From Bilabrum cf. latius (lineage: Eukaryota): DNA of 64,000 nt. This document shows positions 13,507 through 26,080 of this stretch, piece by piece. The stretch spans positions 124,001 through 188,000 of the forward strand of contig OZ237751.1 of assembly GCA_965178125.1 (NCBI GenBank). The letters run 5' to 3'. The notes beneath the pieces were generated by a model, which saw nothing but the letters and a program-made list of their open reading frames with translations, searched no databases and was not told where the DNA came from. Made by a program: the position numbers and the translations under genes. Position 1 is the stretch's first letter; each line of letters starts with the position of its first letter.

Positions 13507-14448
13507 ACTCTGCGATGGATTAAAGAAAGCCAGGCGGGTAGGGAGTGTGCTTATGTGCCGCAGTGGCGTGTTGTCACACTCCGGACGCGAGCGCATGCGG
13601 TTACAGAGGGAGCTGACGAAGCGCATTGCCAAGGCCCAGGCAGTTGGATACCGAGGTGAGCAAACACATCTATGCACTATGAGACAGTTTCAGTTGCATC
13701 AAGCTGGAGTTTCAGTCTTGTTAAGATCTCTGTCTTGCCAAAACACGTCACGCGCAACGGGGCACGCGCCAAGTACTCGAACTCAATTATTCAACAGCAT
13801 CTTCGCGTCTACCGACACACAAAGCATAGATCAGGGTTTGTATAAAGATAAAACGTCCAATAAGGGGTATGAATAGGCTGCCTACGGCCTGTAATACGCC
13901 GTATCAATGTTCCGCAAACCACGGGTTGGGGAGCATGCACCCATGGAGGGCCCAGTACGACTGATTGGGCCGGGTAAGCGGCCCAAACGTTTCGACAGTT
14001 TCGATAAGTCGCACAAATATGTAACCAATGACCTAGCCATATCTACAAAATAAGCCAGGTAACGGTCGAACTACCATACCTCAACCAGCCAATCCACCCA
14101 TGCACACGAGCCGGTCAATATAGGCAAATTGACAGATCAGCAACGCACATAGTTCTAAGCACTCACATCTAGCTGTTCGTAGTAATACGCTAGCGCGCCA
14201 AAGTCACTCCCGCTGGCAACGAGGTGACGGTGGCACCACCGCAAGTGTGCCTTGATGTGACAGCGTCAGCGCTGCGTTCGAGAACCGGTTTATTAGCTCC
14301 GGATCCAACCGACGGTCGCAACCACATGCTCCCATCCAGTAGAGGTCGCAAACCGTCTATACTACAGCAGCCAGCACCGGTCATGCGCACTGCTAAGCTA
14401 CATACCAGCGACGCAATGAACTATGCACGTGCAAAAGGCTGGGATGCC

Positions 14449-16368
14449 TCACACATTTCTTGCCGCCCGCTCCGTCTGCCTCTGGTCCCACGCCAGGGCA
14501 TCTGCACTCTGCTCCTCCTCCCAGCCGGTGGCCTCATTCGCCCGCTCCAGAGCCACGCTGACCAGCCTAACCAGCCTTTCCTCGAAGCTTTCTTCCGAGT
14601 ACATCCCGGCCACCAGTGCCCTCCCCGCTGCAGAGGCACGCTCCCACTCCGACTCATCCTGCAGCAAACGGGCAGTGGCCGCCGCCAGCTCTTCTCCCGT
14701 CTTGCACGCGCCATGCCCGCCCCACGGCATCCCACCAGCACCCTCGGACGGCAAGGGGCCCAGGGGAGGCCCGCCAGCAGCCCGGAGCTGTTCCCCACCA
14801 CCAGACCCGCGCACCCCCCACATGCCCTCGCTGCCCACCGGCGTGGTCACCACCGGTGTTCCCCGGGCCCACGCCTCCGCCACCTTGCCCTTGATCCCCG
14901 CGCCGAACCGCAGAGGGGCCAGCAGCACTCTCGCGCGTGCAATGCACTGCAGGTCAGGGGCCTGCCCCAGGACCAGGAGCCCCTGCTCCGGCCTGTGCAG
15001 CGCCTCCTTGTCCACCTTGCGCATGGCGGGGCCGTGCACCCGCAGCACGGCACCGGGGACTTTCGCCCTGACCCTGGGCCAGACCTGCCCCAGCCACAGG
15101 AGCGCATCTCGGTTGGGCGGGTGCAGCATGCTTCCGAGGAACACGGCCCCTTGTTCCCTGGCCTCGAAGGGGAGGCGGGCTCTGGCGGGGGGCAAGGGAG
15201 ATGGGGCCGGAATGCGGGCCTGTTTGTTCCCTGGAGCGTCACTTCGTTCCCTGAGGGTGCTGGTGGTGAATGCGAAGGGGAGCAGCTCGATGGCTAGGTG
15301 CCCCAGCCTGGAGCCGCCGCTCTCATCCCACATGGGAGGAGGGGCGCTGGCACACCCCCCTGGCATGGACTCAGCAGGGACAGCAGCCCGCCCCCGTTGT
15401 GCCTCTACCTGCATCCTCATCGACTCCAGCAGATGGGCCTCTGCGGGTGACACAACGAAGGCGGCATCGCACCGGGAGAGACAAGCAATCTCGCGCCGCA
15501 GGACGCCCCACATGTCCCGCCCACCACTTCCACTGTCACTGCCAGTGCTGCTGCCAGTGGGGGGCATCACTAGGTGGCCAAAGCGGGGCGGGCGCACTGC
15601 CAGCGCTGCGTGGAGTCCCACCTGCCCCGTGTCTTGGGGGACTCGGCCCCCCGACCAATCGACCGCACCGTGGGGCAGGCGCACTGCACTCGGGTGCAGC
15701 GCGCCGCTGGCCTCGCACGCGAACTGCCTTGCCGCCCTCAGGCCGTGGAGGTCCTGCGTGTCGAGGACCAAGGCGGGGCGGGGCACTTGCTCGCCCTGGA
15801 GCACTTGCTCCGCTGCCCTCCGGACCTGCCAGCCGAAGTGCTCCTCTGCTGCCATGCTGTTGAACAGAGCCACCTGGGGGCGCAGGCAGATGGGTGTAGC
15901 GCACTGCGGTGGTATGGATCCATCCGACGCCCACATGCGGGCGAGCCCTACGGGCCCCGATGTGGGCAGTCTCCACACCGCAATGCCGTGCTCCTCCAGC
16001 CACCGGGAGTGCTCGCTCTCTTTGCCTGGCCCCGCCACTGTCACCCGACAGCCAGCCCGTTGCAGCCCTCTGAGGATAGAGAAAACTCTGACGGACCCGG
16101 CGGATGCATTACGTTGCGGCCAGGCGAGCGTGAAATACGTCACGGTGCAGCCGAGCAGCGGAACAACAGCACGAGGTGCTCGGTCGGAAGGTTCCGAGGC
16201 CGCTGTGCTCGCAAGGCGGAGGCCCGGACCACGGCTCAACCTCTCATGCAGCCATGAAACAGACGACTCTTTGACCGAACACATCATAAGCCGCTGTCTG
16301 CGAAGCTTAAATGTCGCTGCGCTCCACATTAGCGAGAAACACGCCCTTCCACGACGAAGTGGGAGCAT
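14449..16368 (-). CDS. Glycosyltransferase, GT-B fold, family 4-like (Glyco_trans_1_4)
   Basis: Contains LLAPLRFGAGIKGKVAEAWARGTPVVTTPVGSEGM and FLGSMLHPPNRDA. Ends TGA. Start codon uncertain. Confidence 0.8.
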   Translation of the reverse strand: MLPLRRGRACFSLMWSAATFKLRRQRLMMCSVKESSVSWLHERLSRGPGLRLASTAASEPSDRAPRAVVPLLGCTVTYFTLAWPQRNASAGSVRVFSILRGLQRAGCRVTVAGPGKESEHSRWLEEHGIAVWRLPTSGPVGLARMWASDGSIPPQCATPICLRPQVALFNSMAAEEHFGWQVRRAAEQVLQGEQVPRPALVLDTQDLHGLRAARQFACEASGALHPSAVRLPHGAVDWSGGRVPQDTGQVGLHAALAVRPPRFGHLVMPPTGSSTGSDSGSGGRDMWGVLRREIACLSRCDAAFVVSPAEAHLLESMRMQVEAQRGRAAVPAESMPGGCASAPPPMWDESGGSRLGHLAIELLPFAFTTSTLRERSDAPGNKQARIPAPSPLPPARARLPFEAREQGAVFLGSMLHPPNRDALLWLGQVWPRVRAKVPGAVLRVHGPAMRKVDKEALHRPEQGLLVLGQAPDLQCIARARVLLAPLRFGAGIKGKVAEAWARGTPVVTTPVGSEGMWGVRGSGGGEQLRAAGGPPLGPLPSEGAGGMPWGGHGACKTGEELAAATARLLQDESEWERASAAGRALVAGMYSEESFEERLVRLVSVALERANEATGWEEEQSADALAWDQRQTERAARNV

Positions 16369-16428
16369 CTGCTGGATCCCTGGCACTAAGATAGCACAGT
16401 CAATTGCGACAGGTACGCAAAAGGCCTA

Positions 16429-16902
16429 TTATTTGTCCCTGTTGCAAATGCCACGCTGCGGCTCGCAGTCTACTTGCTCGGTTGCCTTGGGCGGTATTGC
16501 GCCTGCCTGGCTACGTCTGCGCCGCCTTGCCTTCTGCTTCCGAACTTTCGCTTGTCGCTTCAGCAACTTGGACTCTGCTCCCAGCTCCAACACTTCAATT
16601 TTCTCTTTGAGCAGCCTTCTAGCTGTTTTTCGATTCCCAGCGAGCGACCGATGCGCGTGCACCTACACCTACGTGCCCGTGGGTAGATGGGTGAGCTACA
16701 CAGCGTTAGAAGCCGTATTGACAGCTTGTCCACCTCTCCCGCTCCCGCGCACAAATTTCTCTTGCAAATCGGATTCTTGCAGCGTCGTCAATGCGGCGGA
16801 TGATTTGTATCGAACAGTCCTCAGCGTCCTTGGGTAAATGACAGTGGCAAGCAACGTGTAACGGGCTCTAGAAACTACTATGCTTGCTCTGGTATACTTC
16901 AT
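16429..16902 (-). CDS. RF-1 domain GGQ peptidyl-tRNA hydrolase, C12orf65/mtRF-R-like mitochondrial ribosome rescue factor
   Basis: DLQEKFVRGSGRGGQAVNTASNAV*LTHLPTGT*V*VHAHRSLAGNRKTARRLL followed by a basic C-terminal helix. Three in-frame TAGs; ends TAA at 16429. Confidence 0.85.
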
Positions 16903-18390
16903 ACAGCTGCTGGGAGCATACGCTCTGTGCAGAGGGGGGAGGATAGATCCATCACGTCGGTCGGTTCCGCCAAATCTTCATCTTCGTAGACTACTGCAGC
17001 TCAAGTCGTGAAGGCCCTAGCCTACGATAGGCCTGCAACATGGGAGAAGCCATTCAGGCAGTATGATCCTCCTTCAGTCCAGTAGTACTACTAGTAGGTC
17101 TGCATGCCCCGGGCCTCTTGTCCGCAGCGGGGATACGCCGGTCAGGGGGTCGCTGGGTGCGCACTCCACCGGTACATTTGTTCCGTGCCCACTATACAAC
17201 ATCCGAAGCGCTAGTGCACTCGTGGGCGGCCCGGAGATGCAACATGCGGCAAATGGGGGGCCCGCATCAGGGGTTGGATCGTCCGCCGCACTCGATGGGA
17301 CGAGAGGCAAGGATGCACAACCGAAAGAAAGCCTAGCAGCTCGGCCACAGCGGGACCAGCATTAGCCATGCATCTCTATAAGCTCCATTAAGAACGCCAG
17401 CTCGGCTTCAGCCGCCCGCATCGACCGACTGGCGGCTCTAACCAGCAGCTCTTCGCTTGTATTCAAGGCCCGCAGTGCGATCCAATGGAGCGACCCGCGA
17501 CGTTGTGCCTCATAACAGTGGCTACGATTAGTGGATATCACAAGTGTCTGGAGTGCAGTAGCGCTGGACTGTCGGCTGGTGCCTGCAGATTCGACCCCGC
17601 TGCCCGATCGCCGGCCGGCAAGGATTCGCAAGGCAATCAGAAGGCAAGCTACGGAGGCTGAAGCCCCGTCTCGTCGCACCCCGTACCTAAGTTCGGGATT
17701 GCAGCGACTACCCGCAGGGATGAATGCCTGTCCTGGCCCATCCTATGACATTCGTGGATGCTGCGACGTAAAGCTATCAACAGCCAAGCTATCAACAGCC
17801 GAAGACTAGCGCGCGAAGACGGTATTTCTGTCGCCAGACACTTAACACAATGACATTGAAGATTGGCGGCTCGTGTATGTCGGAGGATGTGACTTCTGGG
17901 GTGCGTGCAGCTTGCTTCCTTCGACATTGACCCTCAACATGCTACGTGCGGGATTGAACTATGTATCCAAGTTTGCACTCGATTTGTATGCACCACATTG
18001 TGGCTGCGGGGCCCCGGCGTTTCATGCGTCGGACTCAAGTGCCCTGAACCCGGCCGGGCTTGCCTGTGACCCGTGAGGGGGCCGGAAGAAAGAGGATTGC
18101 TTTCGTTCATGCGGACGTCTGTCTCGAGGAGTTCAGTCGCGCACGCGTTGCCCATCTGGAAAGAAGGGTGAACTGCGCAGTAGTATCCGGCGAAACGTGT
18201 CAGGGTGGCGACACAGCAGCACACGTCGGAGCTGCACTCGGTCAAGCAGATCGCGTCCAGCGTCGAGCGACTGCGGGACTCTTTTTTATTTGTGTCGGAG
18301 TCGGGCTGCGGTCGCATCACTTCTCTGCGCTTCGATCCAAGCACCTCGCCACCTTAAGCTGTAATCTATTCTTTACTTTTGCCTGGATGA

Positions 18391-19013
18391 ATGCGAACAG
18401 GTGGTAATCTGGCAGGGCGCAGAAGCGGGGAGGCCGGCACGCTTCTTGGAAACAGTCGCGCCCGCGATGGTAAGCTGTGGGATTATGCATTGTCGCTATG
18501 GCAGGCATGCAATCAACTCTGTTCCTTTTTATATCTGTGCCATGGCTCGCCGCAGATGGGACTTCCAGAGGTCTACCACTTGGAGGGGGCGATGGGCGGT
18601 ACGAAGACGATGAGGAGGCTTTCATCGATACTCACTTGAGGCAGCAACAAGTAAGCACGCGGCAGAGTGGAAGATATTGCAGGCACACATTTTTCACATG
18701 CGGGATTTGAATCGCTGGCTTGTTAGCATCGCAGGAGTTCAGAGACGTGCAAGACGAGCACTTGGACGAGCTGCACGCTTCGGCATCGCGTTTAGGCGCG
18801 ATAAGCGTATCAATCCGCGACGAGTTGCACCAACAGAACAAATTAATATCTGAAATAAATGAGGAAGTCGAACAAGCTCAGACTTCGCTGGAGCGAGCGA
18901 CGAATAGGACAAACGAGTTCATTCGCAGGCACGGTGGCTGGGGCTACTGCTGTGTTATATTCGCCCTGTGCGTGATTCTTCTGGTGCTTGTCTTGGTGCT
19001 TATCCTTGGCTAA
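18391..19013 (+). CDS. Qc-SNARE (syntaxin 6/8-like), tail-anchored
   Basis: Exons 18391-18469, 18556-18650 and 18735-19013 with GTAAG...GCAG introns. QDEHLDELHAS..RL..I..EL.QQNKLI SNARE motif plus C-terminal TM. Ends TAA. Additional upstream exons are possible. Confidence 0.75.
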
Positions 19014-19262
19014 GTTGGGGCTTATGCCAGCAGGGCATGAGCTAATGCATCGGTACCGTGGGTTTAGCCGCCTCAATGAGATTGGCACTTCCTGGCAGCG
19101 ACAAAGCACCACGCGAATTGAAAGAGTAGGGTTGCGACCAGTAGCGCGTGCACTATAGCACTTACGGGTGCTTATGGTACAGCACGACCTCGTGACTTGA
19201 GCCAAGTTTGACAACAACAACAACATATTTGTCTGCATGCCACGCCAGCCGGCCCCACTCTC

Positions 19263-22200
19263 TCACCACTGCCTTGTTCTCTGAGTCGCCATGCGCACCA
19301 CCCTGGGTCCATGCCCACCCATGCCCCCCGCGACAGCCTGGTCATCACCCCCACCCCCAACGCCCTTGGCCAGCTTCCAGTGCCTCAGGACGGGGCCGCT
19401 CAGGGCAGCTGCTGCGTGCTCCCGCGCAGCTGCCCACGCGTCCCCCTCGTCGTGGCCCGCCCCCGCCCTCGCCCTCGCTGCAGCCCCCGTCCCGCCTCGC
19501 CCTGGCGCGGCGCCCCCTCTCCTGCGGAACCTCGCTCGCAGAGCCAGCGCTTCGCTCATGGCCCTGCCCACCAGATCGACCGTCGGGGGAGACAGCGGAA
19601 GCGCTGCTCCACCCGCGACCACAGCAGCCCCTGCCCCTGCCCCTGCCCCTGCCTCTCGCCGCCGCACACCCGCCCGTCGCAGCTCCCTCAGCGCTAGCTG
19701 CCGGGCCGCGTGCAGTCCCCGCTCGAACGGGTCTGCGGAGCCCGCGGCGCCGCTCAGGTCGGAGCCAAGTTCCGCCAGTGCCCCCCGCATCCACTCCACC
19801 GCGATCGGCACGTCCTCCACCCACGGGCCGGGCACGAACCCAAGCGGGCCGTGCGAGGCAACAAGGTCGGCCCCGGCGGCAGAGGTGGCATCCGCGTCAA
19901 GCTGTCTGGAATGCGCGGCGCCCTTGCCCACGTTCCGCAGTGCCCATCCGTCGGGCACGGGGCCCAGCAGCTCCTCGTCCACGCCAGCAGGCCCCGCCGC
20001 GCCCAGCTCCTCCGCCCTGGCCATCGTGTGAAGCAAGCCGGCGGCGAGCAGCTGAAGGAGGGCATCGCGCACCTCGGGCGCCGCGCCGCGCAGCAGTCGA
20101 GGTTCCGCAACCACACACATGTTCCTCAGGGGCCAGGGCAGGCCTCTCGCTCTGCCCAGCGAGCGGGGCCCCTCCAGCAGGGCCCACTGCAGCGCGCCGG
20201 GGCCCGTGGTCAGGGCCTCGATGGGCACTGGGGGGGCTGGCTCTGGGGCTAGTGCTGGGGCCGGCTCGTGCTCGTGCTCGTGCTCGTTCTCTTGATCTTG
20301 CTGTTGCTCTGGAGCGTGGGCTGGCTGTGGGGCAGGTGCAGGCTCAGGCCCCGGAGGCGATGCTGACTACGTGCGGCTTTGGCCATTCCGCAACAACGAC
20401 TCGTCATCGACCCCACCATGCCCGTGCTCGTGCCCATTCCCGTGTCGGTGCCCGGTCCGGGGTGGGATTCCCCCCCGCACTGGTTTCCTGTCTCTGCGGA
20501 GCAGCTCGCTTTGCATCCACTGCGGCCGGTGCTCGGGGGGGAGATCCGCCTGGTCCACTGGGTCGGGATCGCGATCGTGCGCTGCACCGCCTCGCTGTTT
20601 CTGCTCTTGCATCGTCTCCGATTCGGGCAGCCTAACCGGGGACACGCCCTCCCATTCCCCCGGCCTGGGCGCAGACCCGCCCGCATCATCTGGGTGGGTG
20701 GTGGCTGCGGCACTGCCACCGACTCGATGGTCCTTCTCCTCCTGATCCATTCCCCTCCCAGCGCCATCTCCATCGTGCAGTGCACCCATGGAACTGCCTA
20801 GCCCCCGCCGCCGTCGCCGTGGATTGTCTCGCAGCCAGTCCGCGCACGCCGCGCAGCAGTGCCCTGCAGCCGCCCTCGCAGGCGCAGCTGCGTCCATCCT
20901 CTCAAGCCGGTCGCACCTCCGCAGAATCGCGCGGACGAGCCGCTGCCTGCCGCGGGGATTGTACGCCCCTCTGTTCCCCAGCGCCTCCCTGGCCTGCCAC
21001 ACCCAGGGAACACACTCGGGGGCCAGCCGCTCCAGGGCCAGCAGGTCAGATGACCCACCAGACCCACTCCCACCACCCTCGCTGGCCTCCTCCCCGACCC
21101 CCTCTTTGTTCCCTGCCCCCACCGCCAGCCACAGCTCGCTGTCCTCCTCCCCGACCCCCTCTTTGTTCCCTGCCCCCACCGCCAGCCACAGCTCGCTGGC
21201 CTCGCACAGCAGCGCCCGCTCCCTGCCCCCAGGAGGCTCCCTGCGAGACAAGGCCCCGCCCCTCGACCTCGACCTCGACCTGGATCTGGATCGGGATACG
21301 GACAGCGAGCCTCGGTGCATGCCATTCGTCACACCAGAAGAGGCTCGCCTGCCTGTGGACCTCCCTCGGCGACCCCCTGACCGGCCCCGACCAGAGCTGC
21401 CTGCCGATCGTGCCCTCGCCCTCGCCCTCGCCCTGGCCCTGCGCCTTGAAGCATCCCGCGCCGCCTCCGCGAGAGTCTTCTCCTGCGCCCGCTCCGATGT
21501 GGCCAGCAGCGGGGCTCCCCTGCCGCCGGTGCCCGCGCCTGACTGCCAGCCCAGTGCCCCCCCTGGCCCGCCGAGCGATTCCACCGTGTGCAGCCACCGG
21601 TCCCCTCGTGTTCCCTGGGAGGAGGGTGCACCAGCTACCCCTGCACCACCGTGCGACGCACTCGCCAGGCTTCCATCCAGCGAGTCCGCCGACATGCGAA
21701 CATCCCGAGCACCGACACCTGTTCCCTGGACCCTCCCGCCCCTGGCAGGGTGCTCGTACGGCCGCTCCCCCGCCGCCAGCCAGTCATCGATGCCGGCCCC
21801 ATGGCTCGGCCCGGGCGCTCCCACCCTTCCACCACCCCTGTTGTCGGCCCGACTGCCGCTGCCGCTCCAGCTTTCGCTCTCGCTTCCGCTGCTCCCGCTC
21901 GTTTCAGTCACCACGCCATCCCCGGCCCGCCCAGCCACTGTGGTGGTAGAGGCAGCGACCCCCCCAGCGCCCCCCCCCCCCCCTTGCCATCGCAGCTAGG
22001 GCCCCGCTCCTCTCCCCCGTGGCCGCAGCCGCAGATGCGGCATCCAGCCCCCTGGGTGGTCGCTTGCTGGGCAGCCTCGCGCACGCTCTCTGCAGCTGGG
22101 TGCTGCATAGGGACAGGATGGCCCAGGCCGCGTGTCGCCACACGGGACGCAGGGCCCTGTCTGCCGCAGCTGCCAGCTGATCCATGTCTACCTCGTTTAG

Positions 22201-22896
22201 AGCACCGCCCCCGGCTCTGCTGCCCCTGCATTCGTCTCCCGCGGCTGCCTCAGCCTAATTCGTGCCTTCATCCTGACCCTGACCCTGACCCAGCCCCGAC
22301 CGCCGCTACTGCTACTGCTGCTGCTGCTCTGCCACCCGGGTCCGCAGCCAGGGCAGGCAGCTCCCCACCGCGCGGGACCCGTTGCACAGCGCAGCCAGCG
22401 CTGCGCACCTCGCACCACTCGTCACACCCCACGCAGACCCTCTGGCTCCAGATGGGCCCGCTTTCCGTCCTCGTCCTCCTCCTCCTCCCCCTCCTCCCAG
22501 CAGAGAGGCAGAGGCAGCGAGCAGCTCACGGAGGCCAGCCGCCCCGAGAGCCAGCGGCCTCACGTGCAGCAGTCGGGCGACAGCAGTGGCCGCGCCTGCC
22601 TGTCGCGCGGCCACTCCAGAGGCGAGGTGCTTCTCCAGGGCTCGGGCCAGGGCCAGGCCGGCCAGCGGGCCACGCACCGCGGCTGCCGCCACGACGAACG
22701 ACGAGATCGCGTCTGCTGCTGCGTCGCGTGTGGCAGGGCTGACAAGTGCATCCAGACAACCTGGCAGCAGCGCCGGAATGCGCGGCACGGCAGAGATCGG
22801 CCGCTCAAGCGTCAGCCCAGCAATGATGTGCAAGGACGACGCCTGCTGCTTGGCGTCCCCACGGCTTCTTGCAGCAGCAAGCTGACTAAGTAGCAT
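19263..22896 (-). CDS. Uncharacterised protein with N-terminal HEAT/ARM-like helices; apparent 1-nt frameshift in a G14 run
   Basis: From 22896 the frame runs through TAGs at 22312 and 22254 to the homopolymer at 21970-21983. It resumes in the frame of ORFs 20367-21938 and 19263-20228, which are joined by TAG 20367. 3' end uncertain. Confidence 0.55.
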
Positions 22897-23214
22897 GCGA
22901 AACTCGTCCTATTCCAGTTCTCTGCTGGTCCGCAGGATCTCTGTGGCTGCAGCTTCCCGCGTGGCCCGACCAGCTGCGCACAGGTAGGGCAACGGCTCGC
23001 TTGTTGCGATATCAAGCAAGCAGCGCAAATGTCAGAGGGCTGACAACCACTACCACTCACCAAAAAAACGATCAAGCGATTTTCGCGTCTGGGACCACTC
23101 CTGGCTCTGGTCCATTGTACAGAAAGAGTGGCTTCATTGCAAAACGGTTCGAATTCGACGTTCGGCTCCGGATGACCAGTACTGCAATTTAATTGAAACG
23201 CGTACTGTGCGCCG

Positions 23215-25671
23215 ATGAAAAGTTGGATACGGCGTCCATGGCAGGTTTTAGGTCGTTATAGATCGCGTAAACAGCATGCACTGATCGGTATGCAGCAATG
23301 TTGCAGATTGAAGCATTCCGACCAGGGAAACGATGCGGGTGGGGGTAACTTGGACACGTTTCGGGCAGCCAGGGCATCTGAGCGACAGCTGATTTCGCAG
23401 ATGTTTTCGTATCTTAAACGCACACCGGAAGTTCGTCAAGTAAGACGTGTTGTTGGAAAGAATTTTCGATCAAGTATGTGTCAGCTATCATCAGTAAGAT
23501 CCATGCATGAATCGAGGTTCCCACCGCAGTATCTAAAGTATTTTAGTAGTGTAGATGCTGATAGATTTGCCATTATTCGGGTGTCTGGGGATATCCTGCA
23601 CGAGCCGGAGCAGGCGAGGCAGGTCGCGAGCGCTCTCTCTTTCCTGCATCGCGTTGGGCTTGTGCCCGTCGTCGTGCACGGCGCTGGCATCTTCACGGGG
23701 CGGCACACGCCCGACGTAGCAAAAGCTCTGCAATCGCTAGCCGCAGCCAACGAGCAAGACGCAGCGGCCGGGTGGAACGAGGCCTCCACCAGCGGCGGCT
23801 CAGCCAGCGCCGCAGCTCGCGCGGCCGCCCTCGAGGCGGGAGGGCGATACCTGCGAGCCGCCAACGAGGCCCTGGTGGCGGAGCTGCAGCGGGCCGGGGT
23901 GCCCACCGCTGCGTTTCCCACGGGCGTGTTTGAGTGCGAGCCGGATGACGAGTACACGGGGCCCCTGCGCGGGCTCGTGGGCCGCATCCTGCACTCGGAC
24001 GGGACCGGGGACGAGGACGAGGACGAGGACGAGGACGGGGACGGAGAGGAGCACGAGGGCCCCAGGACGGGCGGGATCCAGGCGGCTCTCGCTGCCAAGA
24101 AGGTGCCTGTCGTGGCCGCGCTCGGGTGGGCGGAGTCCACCGGTGGATTGGACGATGGCGAGGATGGCGCGTCCTCGGTAGCCGGGGAGAGCACCGGGAG
24201 GGCTCCTCGCAAGCGTAGGCTGCTGACGTTTTCCACCGCAGAGGCGGTCGGCGTGCTCGCCCGCAGCCTCTAGCCCCTGAAAGTTGTGTTCCTCCGGCAG
24301 GAGGGAGGCCTCAGGAGGATGGACGGGAGGGAGGTGAGCAAGGTGGTGCTGGCCAGCGACCTGGAGGGGCTGCTCTCACCGGGGCAGCGGAGCAGAGTGG
24401 TGGAGGACCTGGAGGGGTGGAGGGGGAGGGAGTGGGAGGAAGAGGAGGGCTGGGGCGATGGTGGGGAGCGTGCAGTATCGTCGCCCTGGCTGTCGGATGG
24501 CGATGCCGAGTCGGTCCGTGAGGCTGCGGTGCTGCTGCGGCCCGACCTGCCGCCGGGTGCCGCGGGCCTGGAGCCGGGCACCACCGTGTCGATGACCTCT
24601 CCGCAGCACCTGGCCAGCGAGTTGTTTCTGTCCCAGGGGGCCGGCACACTCGTCACACGGGGGGAGCGGGTGCAGAAGCTGAGGTCGCTGCCTTGGGGGG
24701 AGGACGAGGACGGGCCGACATTGACCACGCGGACCGCCGAGAGCGAGAGCGAGAGCGGAGCAGCAGTTGGAGGAGGCAGGGGTCACCAGGAGCATGAGCA
24801 AGAGCAAGAGCAAGAGGCGGATGGTGAGGGTCATGATGACGAGGACAGTCCGAGGGTGCGGCTGCAGACTCTGCTGGAGCAGGCCTTCGGAGCCTCGCTG
24901 GACCCAGGCTACTGGGCCAGCATCCGGCCGAAGCTGCGGGCCATTTACGTGCTGGAGTCGTGGCGCGGGGCCGCGATCGTCACGGAGGAGGGCGGTTTCC
25001 CTTACCTGTGCAAGTTCGCGGTGGATCCCACGGCCTAGGGGGAGCAGCTGGGACAGGCCGTATGGAAGGCACTCGTCACAGGGGAGCCCCGGTTCTGCTG
25101 GCGCTCCCGCTCCTCCAACCCCGTGAACGGGTGGTACTTCGGGCAGGCGGATGGGTCCTACCTGGCCCATGTCGCCAAGGACGGGGCCGTGGGTCCCGCC
25201 CCCGCAGCTGCTGCTGCCAGCGTGTCTGGCAGCGGCGGAGGGGCCCAGGGTGCAGCAAGCGGGACTGGTGGCAGTGGGTCTAGCAGTGGCAGCGGTAGCA
25301 CCAGCAGTGGCGGAAACAACGGCAGCCATGCCTCAGAGGGGGCGGGCCGTCGCAACGCAGGCCCATCGGAAAGTGTAGGTCGGCTGAGCATCGACAGACC
25401 GGGCGTCTCGTCCCCACCCGCCATCACCAGACAGGACGGGCAGGAGAGTGCAGCGCACGGTGGTACCGGGACGGGTGGCCAGGGTAGGCAGGTGCCGGGG
25501 GGTTCGGCTGTTCCTGGCGGCAGAACCAGTCCAAGGGCCGGCCGGAGCGCAGCCACGACGGGTGCGTGGACCGTGTTCTGGAGGGGGCTAGGGGACGAGG
25601 AGATCCTCCCGGCGGTGCAGGTGGTGCTGCAGCTGCCTCCCTCCTTCGACAGGCGGGCCAAGGGGCTTTGA
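23215..25671 (+). CDS. NAGS: N-acetylglutamate synthase (degenerate amino-acid-kinase domain plus DUF619/GNAT domain), probably mitochondrial
   Basis: EVRQ|YLKYFSSV..FAIIRVSG with a 90-nt intron at 23440-23529, VVVHGAG, ARSL*PLKVVFL, ELFLSQGAGTLV, YLCKFAVDPTA*GEQLGQAVW, WRSRSSNPVNGWYFGQADG, WTVFWRG. TAGs at 24271 and 25036; ends TGA. Start uncertain. Confidence 0.8.
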
Positions 25672-26080
25672 GGGGGTTGCGGTGCAGGTGGTGCTGCAGC
25701 TGCCTCCCTCCTTCGACAGGCGGGCCAAGGGGCTTTGAGGGGGTTGCGGTGCAGGTGGTGCTGCAGCTGCCTCCCTCCTTCGACAGGCGGGCCAAGGGGC
25801 TTTGAGGGGGTTGCGGTGCAGGTGGTGCTGCAGCTGCCTCCCTCCTTCGACAGGCGGGCCAAGGGGCTTTGAGGGGGTTGCGGTGCAGGTGGTGCTGCAG
25901 CTGCCTCCCTCCTTCGACAGGCGGGCCAAGGGGCTGTGAGGGGGTTGCGGTGCAGGTGGTGCTGCAGCTGCCTCCCTCCTTCGACAGGCGGGCCAAGGGG
26001 CTGTGAGGGGGTTGCGGTGCAGGTGGTGCTGCAGCTGCCTCCCTCCTTCGACAGGCGGGCCAAGGGGCTTTGAGGGGGTT
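25612..26080. repeat. Seven direct tandem copies of a 67-bp unit containing the last 19 NAGS codons and its TGA stop
   Basis: Unit gcggtgcaggtggtgctgcagctgcctccctccttcgacaggcgggccaaggggct(t/g)tgagggggtt at 25612, 25679, 25746, 25813, 25880, 25947 and 26014. No spacers. Confidence 0.95.

Noticed and set aside
13700-14420. AT-richer stretch with several CCAAT/ATTGG words; possible promoter or ncRNA
   Set aside because: No convincing structure or homology is visible, and the motif occurrences are not distinguishable from chance by eye.
16660-16700. Autoregulatory read-through in a release-factor gene (prfB-like)
   Set aside because: The protein is a codon-independent GGQ rescue factor lacking stop-recognition domains, and the window-wide TAG usage already explains the three TAGs.
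14423-16837. Long antisense or alternate-frame ORFs (for example 14423-16837 +, 55433-57610 -, 42962-44476 +)
   Set aside because: These are shadow ORFs expected at high GC. They overlap recognisable genes and have no motifs of their own.
16950-18390. Possible additional gene(s) between RF-1 and the SNARE
   Set aside because: Several short ORFs exist, but I could not support a recognisable domain or consistent exon chain. The region is left unannotated and may hide a spliced gene.
23140-23175. GGTTCGAATTC resembling a tRNA T-loop (candidate suppressor tRNA)
   Set aside because: I could not build a cloverleaf, acceptor stem or CTA anticodon arm around it.
25612-26080. CRISPR array
   Set aside because: The units are contiguous with no unique spacers, there are no cas genes, and the context is eukaryotic.
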